The notes below the pieces were generated by a model, which worked only from the letters and a program-made list of their open reading frames with translations, did not search any database and was not told the origin of the DNA. Position numbers and translations under genes: made by a program. Positions 48,438 through 62,149 of a DNA stretch of 64,000 bases are shown piece after piece; within the stretch, counting starts at the first letter, position 1, and each line of letters begins with the position of its first letter. The DNA comes from the human T2T-CHM13v2.0 reference genome, Homo sapiens, in NCBI RefSeq assembly GCF_009914755.1, contig NC_060927.1, one strand, 5' to 3'.

Positions 48438-48867
48438 TGTAAAGACCCCAGCTGCCCAACTACATTTCCCATCCTGGGTTCCCTTATATCCCTGTAACTA
48501 CTCCCCACCATGAAATGTGAGTGGAAGGGATGGGTATCACATATGGGTTGAAGTTTTTAAGAAGCGGGTGTGCCTTCTGCATTCTTTCCTCTTCTGCCAA
48601 AGGCCCCAAAGTTCTACGAGATGGTTAAGGTGACCAACTGTCCTGGTTTGCCCTGGACTGAGGGAGTTTCTGGAATGTGGGGCTTTCAGTTTCAAAACTG
48701 GGACAGTCCAGGAAAACGGGGGATTTACTGGTCACCCTAAGAGACTTTTATGGGTGTGAAACAGGACTTTTATGTCCCATATGGGACTTTTATGTAATTG
48801 TGAAATAAGCCAGGAAAATTTTGAAGTTAATTCGTTGCTACTTACTAGCTTTATCCTAACTAATACA
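48438..48867 (+). mobile_element. MLT1J/K-like MaLR relic interrupted by MER81
   Basis: 'actacatttccca', 'aatgtgagtggaag' and a 3' end 'tatcctaactaataca'. Confidence 0.55.
48626..48739 (+). mobile_element. MER81 (hAT-Blackjack MITE)
   Basis: Inverted termini 'taaggtgacca...tggtcacccta'; about 114 bp; internal 'gtcctggtttgccctggactgaggg'. Confidence 0.88.
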
Positions 48868-49014
48868 GATTGGAATTACTACTCAGGAAGTGGCCTTGTT
48901 CAGATAGACACATGTCAATGAGAGGATATCAAAAAGCAGAAATGCTGACTCTCGTCCTCAGCAGCTCCATGATCTAGAATGTATTGTTGGCCTAATCTTC
49001 TAGTTGGAGTAGAT

Positions 49015-49369
49015 TAATGGTTCTCAAAGCATGGTGTGAGAATCCACAGGGTTCCCTAAGATCTCAGGGTGTCCATGAGGGCAAAACTATTTTCATAACA
49101 GTGGCAGATGTTATTACCTTTTCATTCTCATGCTATTAGGAGTGTGCAGTGGGATTTTCAAGAGGCTACACGAGGTGTGATGATGTCATGGATCTGGTGG
49201 CTGATGGACTATGTGTTTGTGAATTATTGTGTTTTAAAATTGTCTTGGTCTTAATTTCTAATATGGTCAATATTAATAGATGTAACTCACACTCCAAAAA
49301 CTCTTCAGGGTCATTAATGATTTTTAAGAGTGTAAGAACTCCTGAGACCAAAAAGTTTGAGAACTGTTG
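49015..49369 (+). mobile_element. Charlie1b-like non-autonomous hAT element
   Basis: TIRs 'tggttctcaaa' and 'tttgagaactgttg'; 'caaaactattttcataa' and 'cctgagaccaaaaag'. Confidence 0.8.
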
Positions 49370-49452
49370 ATGTGAATAATTTCTAAGGTTTTGTATATTT
49401 CTCAAAGTTTGTGAATTAGTACTCATATATACCCAAGCCAGCTACAGAACTT

Positions 49453-49736
49453 TCTTTTTTTTTGAGATAAGGTCTTGCTGTGTTGCCCAGGCTGGAGTGC
49501 AATAATGGCACACTGCAGCCTAGAGAGCCTGGGCTCAAGTAATCCTCCTACCTCAGCCTCCTGAGCAGCTAGAACTCCATGCATGCACCCCCATGCCCAG
49601 CTAATTTTTTTTTATTTTTTGTAGAGATGGGGGTCTCATTATGTTGCCCAGGCTGGTCTGGAACTCCTGGCCTCAAGAGGTCTTCCTGCCTCAGGCCCCC
49701 AAAGTACTTACAGGTGTGAGCCACCATGCCTAGCCT
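49453..49736 (-). mobile_element. AluJ
   Basis: Antisense Alu with TSD-like 'tacagaa(c/t)ttt'. Confidence 0.92.
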
Positions 49737-49758
49737 CATTACAGAATTTTTAAGTTGA

Positions 49759-50119
<361 letters not shown>

Positions 50120-51047
50120 ACTTTTTTTTTTCCATCTTAAGCTGTGGTGGGGATAAAAAATGTTTTGGAATCTATTATTAAAAGATCTCTTTCCAGAAAA
50201 GTATAGACACTTCCTGTTTTATATATTAGGAATTATACAGAGTTATTCCCCTTATGATATGGGACGGTTGCCTTAAACAAATCATAAAGTAGCAAAAATT
50301 AAAGTATATTTTTTCCCTTCAGAGGAAGGACATTTTGCCGTTTCAGACAAGTAAATCTGACAATTATGTTTCCAGCAACCTTAGAGAAATAGCTGTTGTG
50401 CTCACCCAGGGTTCTGGATAAAGATGCTTAGTGTACTTTCCTTGGAAGCAAATCAAATGCAAATTTGGTTGTGTCTCTCTCTTGCTTAGACGCTTTCAGT
50501 AGCTTCCCTTGGGTCCTTAGGATAAAGCCCCAACTTATTCAAAGTCCTTTCAGGTCTTCACCTGCACACTCCCTACCCTGGTCTCCCTTCTGTGTGTTTT
50601 CTGTCTGGTTCTCTTTACTGAACCTCACAAGGGCTGACAGACGTGAACCCTGTTTCAGTTTCTGCTTAAAAGCCTTTTCTCCAGCCTGATTTATAATCTC
50701 AGTGCACCTATACTTCTAACACCTCAGAAACTCACTTGTAATTCTCTGTTCCAGGATGCCCACTGGATCCAAAGAGAGAAACTCTATAGAATTATGATCT
50801 AGGTTTGACTGACTCCTGGCAAGAAGCCCTACCCGCCAGCCAATTTGGATGAGGTGAGGGCTTTTTCTTATCCCGCAAAGGAGATGTGCAACATGCTGCT
50901 CAGGCTTTTGAAGAAATGACTCAGAAAAGGGCTGTCCTCATAGCCAAATAACAAAATGTTTACTGAAAATGCAAAAGTGAAGTCATCAAATACCTGAATT
51001 CACTGGACATTGGTAAATTTAGAAAAAGCCAAGATCTGTCATCTATT

Positions 51048-51162
51048 CATACACACACACACACACACACAGACATACACACACAGACACACACACACAG
51101 ACACACACATACACAGACATACACACACACAGACATACACACACACACACACACACGCACAA
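51048..51162. repeat. Compound (CA)n microsatellite interrupted by GA/TA
   Basis: About 115 bp of acacacacagacat-type units. Confidence 0.95.
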
Positions 51163-51599
51163 ACACGAACACCAGAGATCAATTCAAAATCCAGATTGTC
51201 ATTTGAGGAATGTATAGTTGCTAATTTATTTTGACAAATTCATGGAGTTGATTTAAATTATTTATGATAATGCTTCACAGTATATTTTATAAAAGTAATG
51301 AAAGTGTAATTTTAAAAACGTTCTTGGCTTTTACACTTTTCTTGGGGAGAAATGAAATAATGCTATTTTTTTCTTTTAAAAAGCATTGAAACACCAGAAC
51401 TTATGGAGTGAAAATATGAAGGAAGTCTGTTTATATTTTAGGAAATATATATACTTCTACAAACAAACCTAGTAGAATATCTGACACAAAAACCGTACAG
51501 GCCTCTCCCAGCTCCTTATATGAACTCAGCTGCTGGTGAATGAGGAGATAATTCACCCATCTATATACATAAATTTCTGGATAATAATAATGATAATGG

Positions 51600-51830
51600 T
51601 AATTGGCATTTACTAAGCTCTTACTGTGTTCTGAACACCTTATTTGCATGATATCTTTGAATGCTTATAACATTCTAGAAGGTAGGTGCTGTATTGTTTC
51701 CGATTTATAAATAAGAAAATTGAGCCACAGAGAAGTTAAGTGACTTACCCAAAGTCACACAGCAACAAAGATAAAATTCAAAATGATGTAGGCTTACTTC
51801 ATAGCCTAGTATTCTTTACTCCTAAGCCAT
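51600..51830 (-). mobile_element. MIR
   Basis: 'aagaaaattgagccacagagaagttaagtgacttacccaaagtcacacagc'. Confidence 0.85.
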
Positions 51831-52686
51831 ACTGGGTTGTACAGTAATTGCTAAAGGAACAAATTTCAAAGTCTTCCTTGTAGGTAACCTTTCTTTCTAT
51901 TTGTACAAAGGATTATAAACTGTAAGAAGTTTTATGGCACGTTGAATTAGCTCAGTAGTTCAATTGTAAGAGTTTCTCATTAATTATTTAAAGCTATTCA
52001 TTTTTATTAGGAGTACCAGAGCTACACTCAGGACAAACCTCTATTTCATTCAATTCAATTTAGCTCAATTTAGTTCATGTTATTGAATATACATTACATG
52101 CTGGGTTTGGGGAGGGAAGATTGTAACTGTAATTAGAAAGGTATTATCTCTGCTTTCTAGGAACACAGAATCACTTGTGGAATTAAGAGATAAGGACAGC
52201 AAGTAGACCAAACTATAAGCTGAGGTTCAAGGTGGCATAGGCTGGGTGCCACAGTGCTGTGTCTCAGGTGGGCTAGAAGTGCGAAACGGACAGTACCAGA
52301 AGGAAAACTTGAGGGTAAACTTGGGTTTTTTACCATTCCCAGCCTTAGGAGGCCAAAGGCTGAACAAATACTTGTCAAATGAATGATTAAGATCCCTTAA
52401 GGTACTAAGTAGGATATGAAAAAAATTCGTGGAGAAGAAAGCATTTGAAGTGAATATCTTTAAATTTTAGGGGAGAAGAGCATTACATTCTGAGATTGCA
52501 GGATATGCAGAGGGCAGATGCTTAATATAAAAGTGCTTAAAATGATGATGGCAGAAGCCTGCTGAATGATGTGGAATAAAGAAGTATGTGATAATGATTA
52601 TGACTTGACTAACATCTATTATACATCTCCATTGTGCCAGCTGTTTTCAAGGGCTTAATCTTATTTGCTCTGCAGAAATTCAGTTT

Positions 52687-53073
52687 TGGTGGTAGACATA
52701 AAGGTGCAACCTTGTTCTCCCTTCAAAGAGAAAGTGCTTCCCAGCTGTAGGGGGTGTGGTCAGCATACAGCCTCTGTTCAGCTCTCAGCTCCTTCAGAGT
52801 TGGCCTAGGCAGCAGACAGGCACCTGGCCCATAATTGTGCCCTTTTTAGGGAAAGCCCATGTCCCATAATTGAGGAAGAGATATAGAGGTCAGGTCATTC
52901 CCACCCAACATAGACAGACTCTGTAGGGTTTTGTTTGCTCCTGAGCTCCCTCCAGGATTGGCTATGGCACTGTTAGGCTTTCATTGCTCCCTTCCCTTCC
53001 CATCACAGCTCAATTCCTAATCAATGTCTTGCTTAGTTTAGAGTCTGCTTCCAGAAAACCTAATCTGCAAGAC
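52687..53073 (+). mobile_element. LTR16A-like ERVL solo LTR inserted in a MIR
   Basis: 'tctcccttcaaagagaaag', 'ccttcagagttggcctaggcagcagac' and a 3' end 'agagtctgcttccagaaaacctaatctgcaaga'; MIR pieces on both sides. Confidence 0.7.
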
Positions 53074-54768
53074 CGTTAATCTCCCACATTGACAGGCTGG
53101 AAACTGGAACACTGAGAGTCGATGCATTTCCCCAAGGCCACACAACTAGTGAATAGCAGAGCCAGGTTTTAAATTAAGATTCATTTAACTTCTAATTGAG
53201 GTTCTCCTCAGAACCCCACACTGGCTACAGGACCAACCTGTATTTAGCCAAAGTTGCATTCTCGCACATGCACACATCAACAGGAATCTCTCCACTTGTC
53301 GGCCCAGATAGATGTTTTCTGTCAGGAGAGCTCTGAGTCATCTGTGCCCCCTAGAGGAAGCCAAAACTCTAGGTCATCTGTGCCCACTCTTGGCTTGATT
53401 ACCCCTATCAATCTTTCAAGTCTTAATTCCTAAATCAAAATTAAGTTTTCTGGTTACAAGCTTTCGTAGTACCTGTCATAGCACTGGACACAATTTGCAA
53501 TCACATATTTATTTTCTCCTGTTTGTTTGCTCCACTAGGCTATAACTTCAGGAGGGCATGGATTATGTTTGTTGAGTTTAGCACTAACTTCCTAGCACTT
53601 TCCCATACTTTTGGGTGTGATAGGAGCTCAATGTACATTTATTAAAGGGCTGAGTTAAGGGTGTATGATAAATCCTGGGTACTTATCTCAGTCAATATTA
53701 TTTCTAGTTTTCTTCTCTTATGGAACTATATAAGATATTCACAAAAATATCATTATATTATGGCAGATATTAATTATTATGATTATGATTGTTTTTAGGC
53801 TCACACCATACCTTAGACCATTTTCAAATGACCAAGTTGGATGGTCAAAAATTAATAACTTACTCGGAAACTGTCCTTATATTTTTTTGCTGAAGTCATG
53901 TTTAATTTTCTTCAGGAGAGATCTTGATCCTAAGACAATGCTGACATTTCCCAAGAGTGGGAATTCCATGAGCTTTCTCAGATGGCTGCCCCAATGTCTG
54001 GAAACCTCTTGAAGGTGATCTCTATCATTTTGTCCACCTAGATATTTGATTCATAAACTCATTCTTTAAAACCAAAGTCATGGGTGGCACCCTTTGACCT
54101 CGTTAAAGCTCATAAATCTCCCCTTTGTGAAGATTTTTCATCTTGAAATGTGGCAAAGGTGTGAACTATTGAAGAGGTGTTCTCTTGAACATTTGCCCTA
54201 CAAACTCACCCAATAGAAAACCAGATTCAGGCATTTCCGACATGGGTCACTTCTCAGAAAGGCTATTTCAACTTCACTCTATATTATGAAGATTTTATAG
54301 ACTTCAGTTATGCAGACTTTTTAGCTTTTTCATTTTCAGACTAGTCCGACTTGTTTTTTTATAATTTTAAATGTATTCAAAAAAGTCATATTTTCAGACA
54401 TCATATGTGTTTCCATTTGTGAGTTTTTCTGGTGTATAGAGATTATGAAATTCAAGTGGGAGGGAAAATGTTTGTTGAAGGCTCATTCTTCTAGAGTTGC
54501 TCTAAAACCAAATTTAAACTAATCTCTAACAGTTGTGACTTAGAATTAGAAAACTCAGTCTTTAGGCTCTGTTGTCTAACAGCTGTGTGTGTTTCTACAA
54601 TTTACTTAACTGCTGAATCCAGTTTTTTGTTTTGTAAGATAGGAATAATAATTCCTGTTAGTGACCTAGTAGGAATGTATTAGAGAATTAAGTGAGAAAC
54701 GGCAAAATCCCTTCTGAACCCCAATAAACATAAGCTACTTTTATTACCGATCTTTTTTTGGATCTTTT

Positions 54769-55240
54769 TGTTAGATATGAGTTCTAAATTTCTTTTCAAA
54801 GAATTAATATGTCAGTATGTTCAATTCTTTGCCGTCTACTTTTAAACTTAACTTCCTCGTAAAGCAACCTTTTTCAATCACCTGCTCCACCCTACACTCC
54901 AATCACCTGCTCCACACTAACTCATTCCAATTACCTGCTACCTGCTCTGCCCTGATTCCCGCCAAAGCACTCACCCCGTCATTCTCTTTAAATTAGCCAA
55001 TCGGAATTAGTTTAGCCTGTGTGGTCTAACCCTAGCCAATAGGGGAAGGACACATTAGGGGCCACGTGCGTCAGGGATAAGAACCCCTTCCCCTCCCTTG
55101 TCCAAGTGTGCACTCACCATTGTTTCATCTGTAAGGGCGCAACTTTCTATATAGAAGTAACTTGCCTTGCTGAGAATTAAAAAGAAAATTTTATATTCGA
55201 GTGCTCTTTCTTTTGTGGCACCGAAACTTTATATATAACA
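54769..55240 (+). mobile_element. LTR10 (LTR10F-like, HERV-I) solo LTR
   Basis: TGTTAGATATGAGTTCTAAATTTC...ATAACA; internal tandem 'caatcacctgctccac' units; two CCAAT boxes; tttt on both flanks as a possible 4-bp TSD. Confidence 0.9.
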
Positions 55241-55252
55241 TTTTCTGAACAA

Positions 55253-55765
55253 TGTTGTAGCAATGCTATTGGTACCCACCCCCCTCATATTCCCTGGAGC
55301 TTTACTATTGTAGTGCCCACAGGCCCATCTCTAATTACCAGCATTTGCCTCTCTTTGCGCAAGGACTTACTCTGACAGCCAGCTTCTGGTATATGCTCAC
55401 AAAAAGCAGGCTGAAACCAGAGAATTAGCATGCCCAGATCAGTCTACAACCAATGACTGAAGGAAGTTGGTATATAAATACCTTGGCTGCCCTGTCCATC
55501 AGATGGGATTACACTGAGGCTTATAGTCTACACTGGATCTCAGTTTCCCTAGAGCTATTAAGCTGCAGGTGCCCACAGTGACAACCGGCTCAATTATACA
55601 CCATTTTTGGCTTCCTGAATCATTTATTGGCTTTATTCCATTCCACTTTCTGATTTACTTCTCCACTTTCTAACTGATATTTCCTGGAATTACCTTTCAA
55701 GTTAACTACTTGTACTTGAATTCTTGTCTCAGGCTTTGCTTCTGAGGGATTCCCAAACTAAGACA
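55253..55765 (+). mobile_element. LTR33-like ERVL solo LTR
   Basis: 'aaccaatgactgaaggaagttggtatataaatacc' and a 3' end 'tcttgtctcaggctttgcttctgagggattcccaaactaagaca'. Confidence 0.8.
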
Positions 55766-55953
55766 GTGTTTATATGAATTACAATTGTTTTGCATGGAAG
55801 TGATATACACTTACTTTAACTCAACAGAGCTTAGATCCGAACAAAGAAAAAATCAGTTCATTGACTTATATTAATGCAATGTCTAAAGATGACAGAATCT
55901 TATTTAAGAATGGCTAGATACAGGAAACTTATACAATGCCATTGACTTTTTTT

Positions 55954-55987
55954 TCTCTCACTCTCTGTCTCTCTGTTTTTCTCTCTC

Positions 55988-56023
<36 letters not shown>
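55954..56023. repeat. (CT)-rich tract plus (CA)16 microsatellite
   Basis: Read directly from the sequence. Confidence 0.9.
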
Positions 56024-56025
<2 letters not shown>

Positions 56026-56375
56026 CTACCTGTTTTCCTCTATGTACTTATTTTAGGATAGAAAAGATGGTGCTGTAATGTCACTCTAAGCTTACATTGC
56101 CTCTACAGCATGAAATAGCTGAGAAAGTAAAATTGTCTTTTGTTCATATCCATATCAATTCCAGAAAGAGTCTCAAATTGTCAGTATTTTCAATGTATGC
56201 TGACCTCTAGAAAAAATGACTGGGTCCAGGTGGCTGAAATATGCTAGGTGGTCATGCCAGGGAAGGTGACAACTCTAGCAGAGCTATATGAAATATGCGG
56301 GAGTGAGCTTGACTTTAAAATGATAAGTGCAGCAACAAGCATCCCACAAAGTAAAAAATACTATCTAGTGTTTCC

Positions 56376-56379
<4 letters not shown>

Positions 56380-56415
<36 letters not shown>

Positions 56416-56694
56416 AGACGGAATTTCACTCTTTTTGCCCAGGCTGGAGTGCAATGGCATGATCTTGGCTCACAGCAACCTCCGCCTACTGGGTTCAGCG
56501 ATTTTCCTGCCTCAGCCTTCCAAGTAGCTGGGATTACAGGCATGTGCTACCACACCTGACTAATTTTGTATTTTTAGTAGAGACGGCGTTTCTCCATGTT
56601 GGTCAGGCTGGTCTCGAACTCCCAAAATCAGGTGATTCGCCCATCTCAGCCTCCCAAAGTGCTGGGATTACAGGTGTGAGCCACCACGCCCTGC
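56380..56694 (-). mobile_element. AluSp
   Basis: Long poly-T, 'tttctccatgttggtcagg', and TSD 'tgtttccatc'. Confidence 0.94.
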
Positions 56695-56884
56695 TGTTTC
56701 CATCTTTTTTTTAATGATATCTTACATTTTTGGACCTTTTCATCTCAACAGAAGCAATTACTAATATAATATCACAGTTGGACCAGTGACTCCTTTCCCA
56801 GGTTCAGAATCGATGGATCAGATGTCATCATACTATAATGGAGGGACAGGCAAATAATATACTCATTAAATAGTAAAAATAGTG

Positions 56885-57145
56885 GTTACTGTTTGTCAAA
56901 CACACATAGCATAAGTTCTAAATTCCATGCTAGGTATTTTACAAAGGTGATTCTACTTAAATCCCAGAAACAAACCCTGCGACTAGTCATAGGTGTGACT
57001 AGGATTTTTATTTAATGAATGAAGAAACTAAAGCTTAGTGAAATTAGAGACTTGCTGAAGGTTTTCTTTTTTTTTGCTCGTTGATTGAAGAGGCAATATT
57101 TGCATCCAGGTCTGTGTAGTTCAAAACCCATTTCTTAGCCACCTT
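56885..57145 (-). mobile_element. MIR
   Basis: 'atgaagaaactaaagcttagtgaaattagagacttgctgaaggt'. Confidence 0.65.
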
Positions 57146-57936
57146 GCTGCGTTGCCAGCTTGAAGCACTGGTGCTTTGAGAACATTGCTTTTGGTGGACT
57201 TATTCTAATACTCATCTGCCCTTAGGTTCCTTTGCATTCATTTTTTGGTGGAACATTCGGAGTCAATGAAAGCAATTTGAACTCTAGGAGAAGATCAACT
57301 CTTTCCTTCAAATCTCATACTTCAGGTTGCAGACTTTTTGGTTCACACTAAATCCTTGCGATCTGAGAACCTGAAAACCTTACACTCAGAATCAATGGGC
57401 CTAGAAAAACCTTTTTATCTAGCTGTAGCACAACCAGAGCTAACTAAGTTACCATATTGGTTGTCCTTTTCCAGTTAGCCTAATGAAGTCTCCTGATGGA
57501 GTAGGCAATAGATCAGACCGGATTTAATGAAAACAGAATTAATTCATGGAGTTGTTTCATCAGCTTTCCAAGACCATCTCTCTCACTCGGACTGTAGGCA
57601 GCAGTTCTAAATATCTGGCACTCTGTAAAAAATAACTCTATTTGCATTCTTTTTATACACTTTGAGATTTTGTTATTATTTAAAGATATAAGAGGTAACT
57701 GAAGTGTGAATCTAATTATCTTCATGATCAGTTGACAAATGAATTACCCACATAGTTGAAAGTGCTAAATTCTCTCATTGGTTTGCCAAATATTGATTAC
57801 TCTCTTTTTTGTATGTCAGACACTATCCTAGGTGCTGGGGACATAGCAGTGATCCAGATGGAAACAAGTTGCCCCACAAATAAATATATAATTACATATT
57901 ATGATAAGAATTAGAAGAGAGTTTAACAGGCAGACT

Positions 57937-58504
57937 TGTATCAGTCAGGCTCCAGTGAAGAAAAGAGAAAAAACTCTAGGTATTTTAAGCAGGATATGGA
58001 TTAATTCAAGGAAGAGGATGTTTGTAAAACTCTTTTGAAGGGCTGAAGAGGCAGTTTAATCCTGGGTCTTCAGGGGTATTTCTCAGAACACTGCAGAGCT
58101 GGCCCCCCTGGGGAGCTCCCATATGGAACTTTGCAGGTCAAGAACACACTGCCACTTGCTTAAATTCTCTTATTGAAACTGTGTCTGAACACCTGGGTCG
58201 CTACAAAATGGATATCCAAGGCTGTGATTCATGATTTAGCAAGCCAGTCAACATGCCACGATTGCCACTAATGCCCCTGCACCCACTAAGTTCATTCTCA
58301 GGAATTTGAAAACTGGCACAGTACAGAGAAACCTCATGTTTCCATGATAGTGCTTGCTAGTAGAAACTGCCAGGTGGAACCACATTAGCATCCAGACCCT
58401 TAGCTGCAAGGGAGTCAGTAGTGCAGTTAGTAGCATTCTATCCTCTTCAAATAGGAGGAGAGTGGAATGGAGAGTGAGTGAGATGATCTACAATGTCCAG
58501 CACA
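57937..58504 (-). mobile_element. Old LTR (LTR78/LTR79-like) inserted in an antisense L2
   Basis: 'tgtatcagtcaggctccag...actctaggtattttaagcag' through 'tgtccagcaca'; L2-like sequence at about 57790-57930 and 58505-59200. Confidence 0.5.
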
Positions 58505-59391
58505 GGATGTTGATTGAGTTTGAAGCTGGTGAAGACTTCTTTCAGGTAGTAATATTTCAGCTGAGACACAAAAAATGAGCTGAAGGACAGCAGCCAAGGA
58601 GTTCAGTGTGCTCCACATGGAAGGAATAACATGAGAAAAGGCCTTGCATTGGGAAGGTGTTTGGTGTGTTTGCACAGCTGGATGGGAGAGTGGTGGGGCA
58701 GAATTAGTCAGAAGGAATGGTACACAGCTGGAGAGGTGGGAAGGACCTGGTGTGTAGGCTCTTCTTGATCATGTTAAAGACTTAGGATTTTTCTATAACT
58801 GCAATAGGACCATTTAAGTAGGGGAAGAAATCAATCTGCTTTATATTTATAAAGGTTACTCTTGCTGATGTCTGACAACAGTTTAAAAGATGGTAGTTTA
58901 GAGGAGGGTGTTTTCAGTGGAGGTATTGGAGAGGAATGGAGTAATAGGAATTACATTTTGGAGGCAGAGCTAATAGGACTTGATGTTAGGCCAGTTGAAA
59001 CAGAGGCAGGGGTAGGGAAGAGAAGCACCCAAGCATGGCCCCTGAGTTTCCCATGTGAGTACGTGGATGGGATGTTCATACCACAAAGTGCAATTGGTAA
59101 GATGCATAGAACATGTTCTGTGGCAAGATCAATATTCTGTTGGACATATTATGCTTGAGATGCCCCTGAAACATCCAAAAGGAGATTTCCAGCCTGTCTA
59201 GAAATGCATGCATGTCTAGATAATGATTGGTATGAACATGCAGGTGGACCTTGGGGAAGCCAGAGTGAAAAACAGGTATAACCTAAATGAGTCAGTGCAG
59301 CAAGGATTATGCATTAATCTACTCCAAAAGGAAAAAAAAATCTAAAGGTAGTACAGATGTAACTGACCACACAGTAGTAGTAGTAATAGTT

Positions 59392-59494
59392 CTTGTTTTT
59401 CCTCTTGCCTCTTTGTTCTCCTCTTCCTGTTTCCCCCTTTTCCTTCCGTCTCTTCCTCCTCTTCTTATTTCTCCTTCTTTTTCTCTCTTCCTTC
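59392..59494. repeat. Polypyrimidine low-complexity tract
   Basis: About 100 bp that is almost all C/T. Confidence 0.8.
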
Positions 59495-60119
59495 AAAACA
59501 TTCTTCTACGTTAATCTTCAGGCTGTTTCTTTTATTTTGAGCACAACCTCAACCTGTAAGAGCTTCCACAAAAAGAATTATTCTAAACTTTTAAATTGTG
59601 CTGATTCTTTGGAGGGTTGTTTTGTCAGGTAAAAGTTACATTGGTATCTGTTTTATCTTCATTTCTTTTTCTGGTTTGAGAGAGAACTGAGGAAAAGAAC
59701 AAGATATTGTGTAGATTATTTTTCTTCTGGTCTTTGGGGCAAGCCAAGATCTTGGTTATAAAGAAGTACAGAAATCAGCAACAGTAATATTTGGAGTGAG
59801 GGATGTGTGAGCTGACTTTACATACAGGCCTTTTTTAAATGGAAAGAGTCAACAAAATAGAGAGCAACTTGGAAGGGGGAGAAAAAACAAACTGAAACAA
59901 AACAAAATTGCTAAGCAGAAGAGCCAAATATGATAGAAGATGAGTGACAGCTAATTAACACTTTCCATTGATTTTATAGAAGACAAAGTTTCTGTATAAA
60001 AAAATGTGGAAATTTGCAATTAAGTAGAATAGATTGGAGAGGAGAGAGAGAGAGAGAAATGGAGCAAGAACATTGAAAAATAAATATCATCCTGAAACTT
60101 GCCTTTCAGTAAAATTGAA

Positions 60120-60402
60120 AGGGGCCTCTCCATAGGTTGTCTGGACTTCCTCACAGCATGGTGGCTGGGTTTCAAGAACAACCATCCCAAGAGAACCAGA
60201 TAGAAGCTGCATTCCCTTTTGTGACCTTGCCTCTGAAAACACATAATGTCAATTCTCCCATAGTTACAGGTACACCCAGATTTAAGGCAAAGGAACAAAG
60301 ACCTTACTTCACAATGAAAGGAGTTTTAAGGCATCATTGAAAGAAGATCATGGGAGATAGGAAATACTGTTATGGCCATTCTGGAAAATATAGTTTACCA
60401 CA
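60120..60402 (-). mobile_element. MLT1-type MaLR fragment
   Basis: 'cttcctcacagcatggtggctgggtttcaaga' and 'gccattctggaaaatatagtttaccaca'. Confidence 0.7.
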
Positions 60403-60502
60403 CTATCCAGAAACAGGGTGCTCTTTTTATTTATTCAAGTCTTCTGTTGTGTCTCTCTATAGATTTTTAGATTTTGTTCACAGAGATTGGGCAAATCTTA
60501 TT

Positions 60503-62012
<1,510 letters not shown>

Positions 62013-62149
62013 TCATTTGGTGCTATTGTCATGAGAACATTTTCTTTAATTGCATTTCCTAACTGATTATTGCTTGTACAGAAAAGCTAAGGTATTCATG
62101 TGCTAATTTTGTAGCCATTCACATTAGTAAATGTCCTGGGGAAGTACCA

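Noticed and set aside
51048-51162. Repeat-spacer (CRISPR-like) array
   Set aside because: It is an interrupted CA microsatellite with no unique spacers. No CRISPR, operon or other prokaryotic-type system is present in the window.
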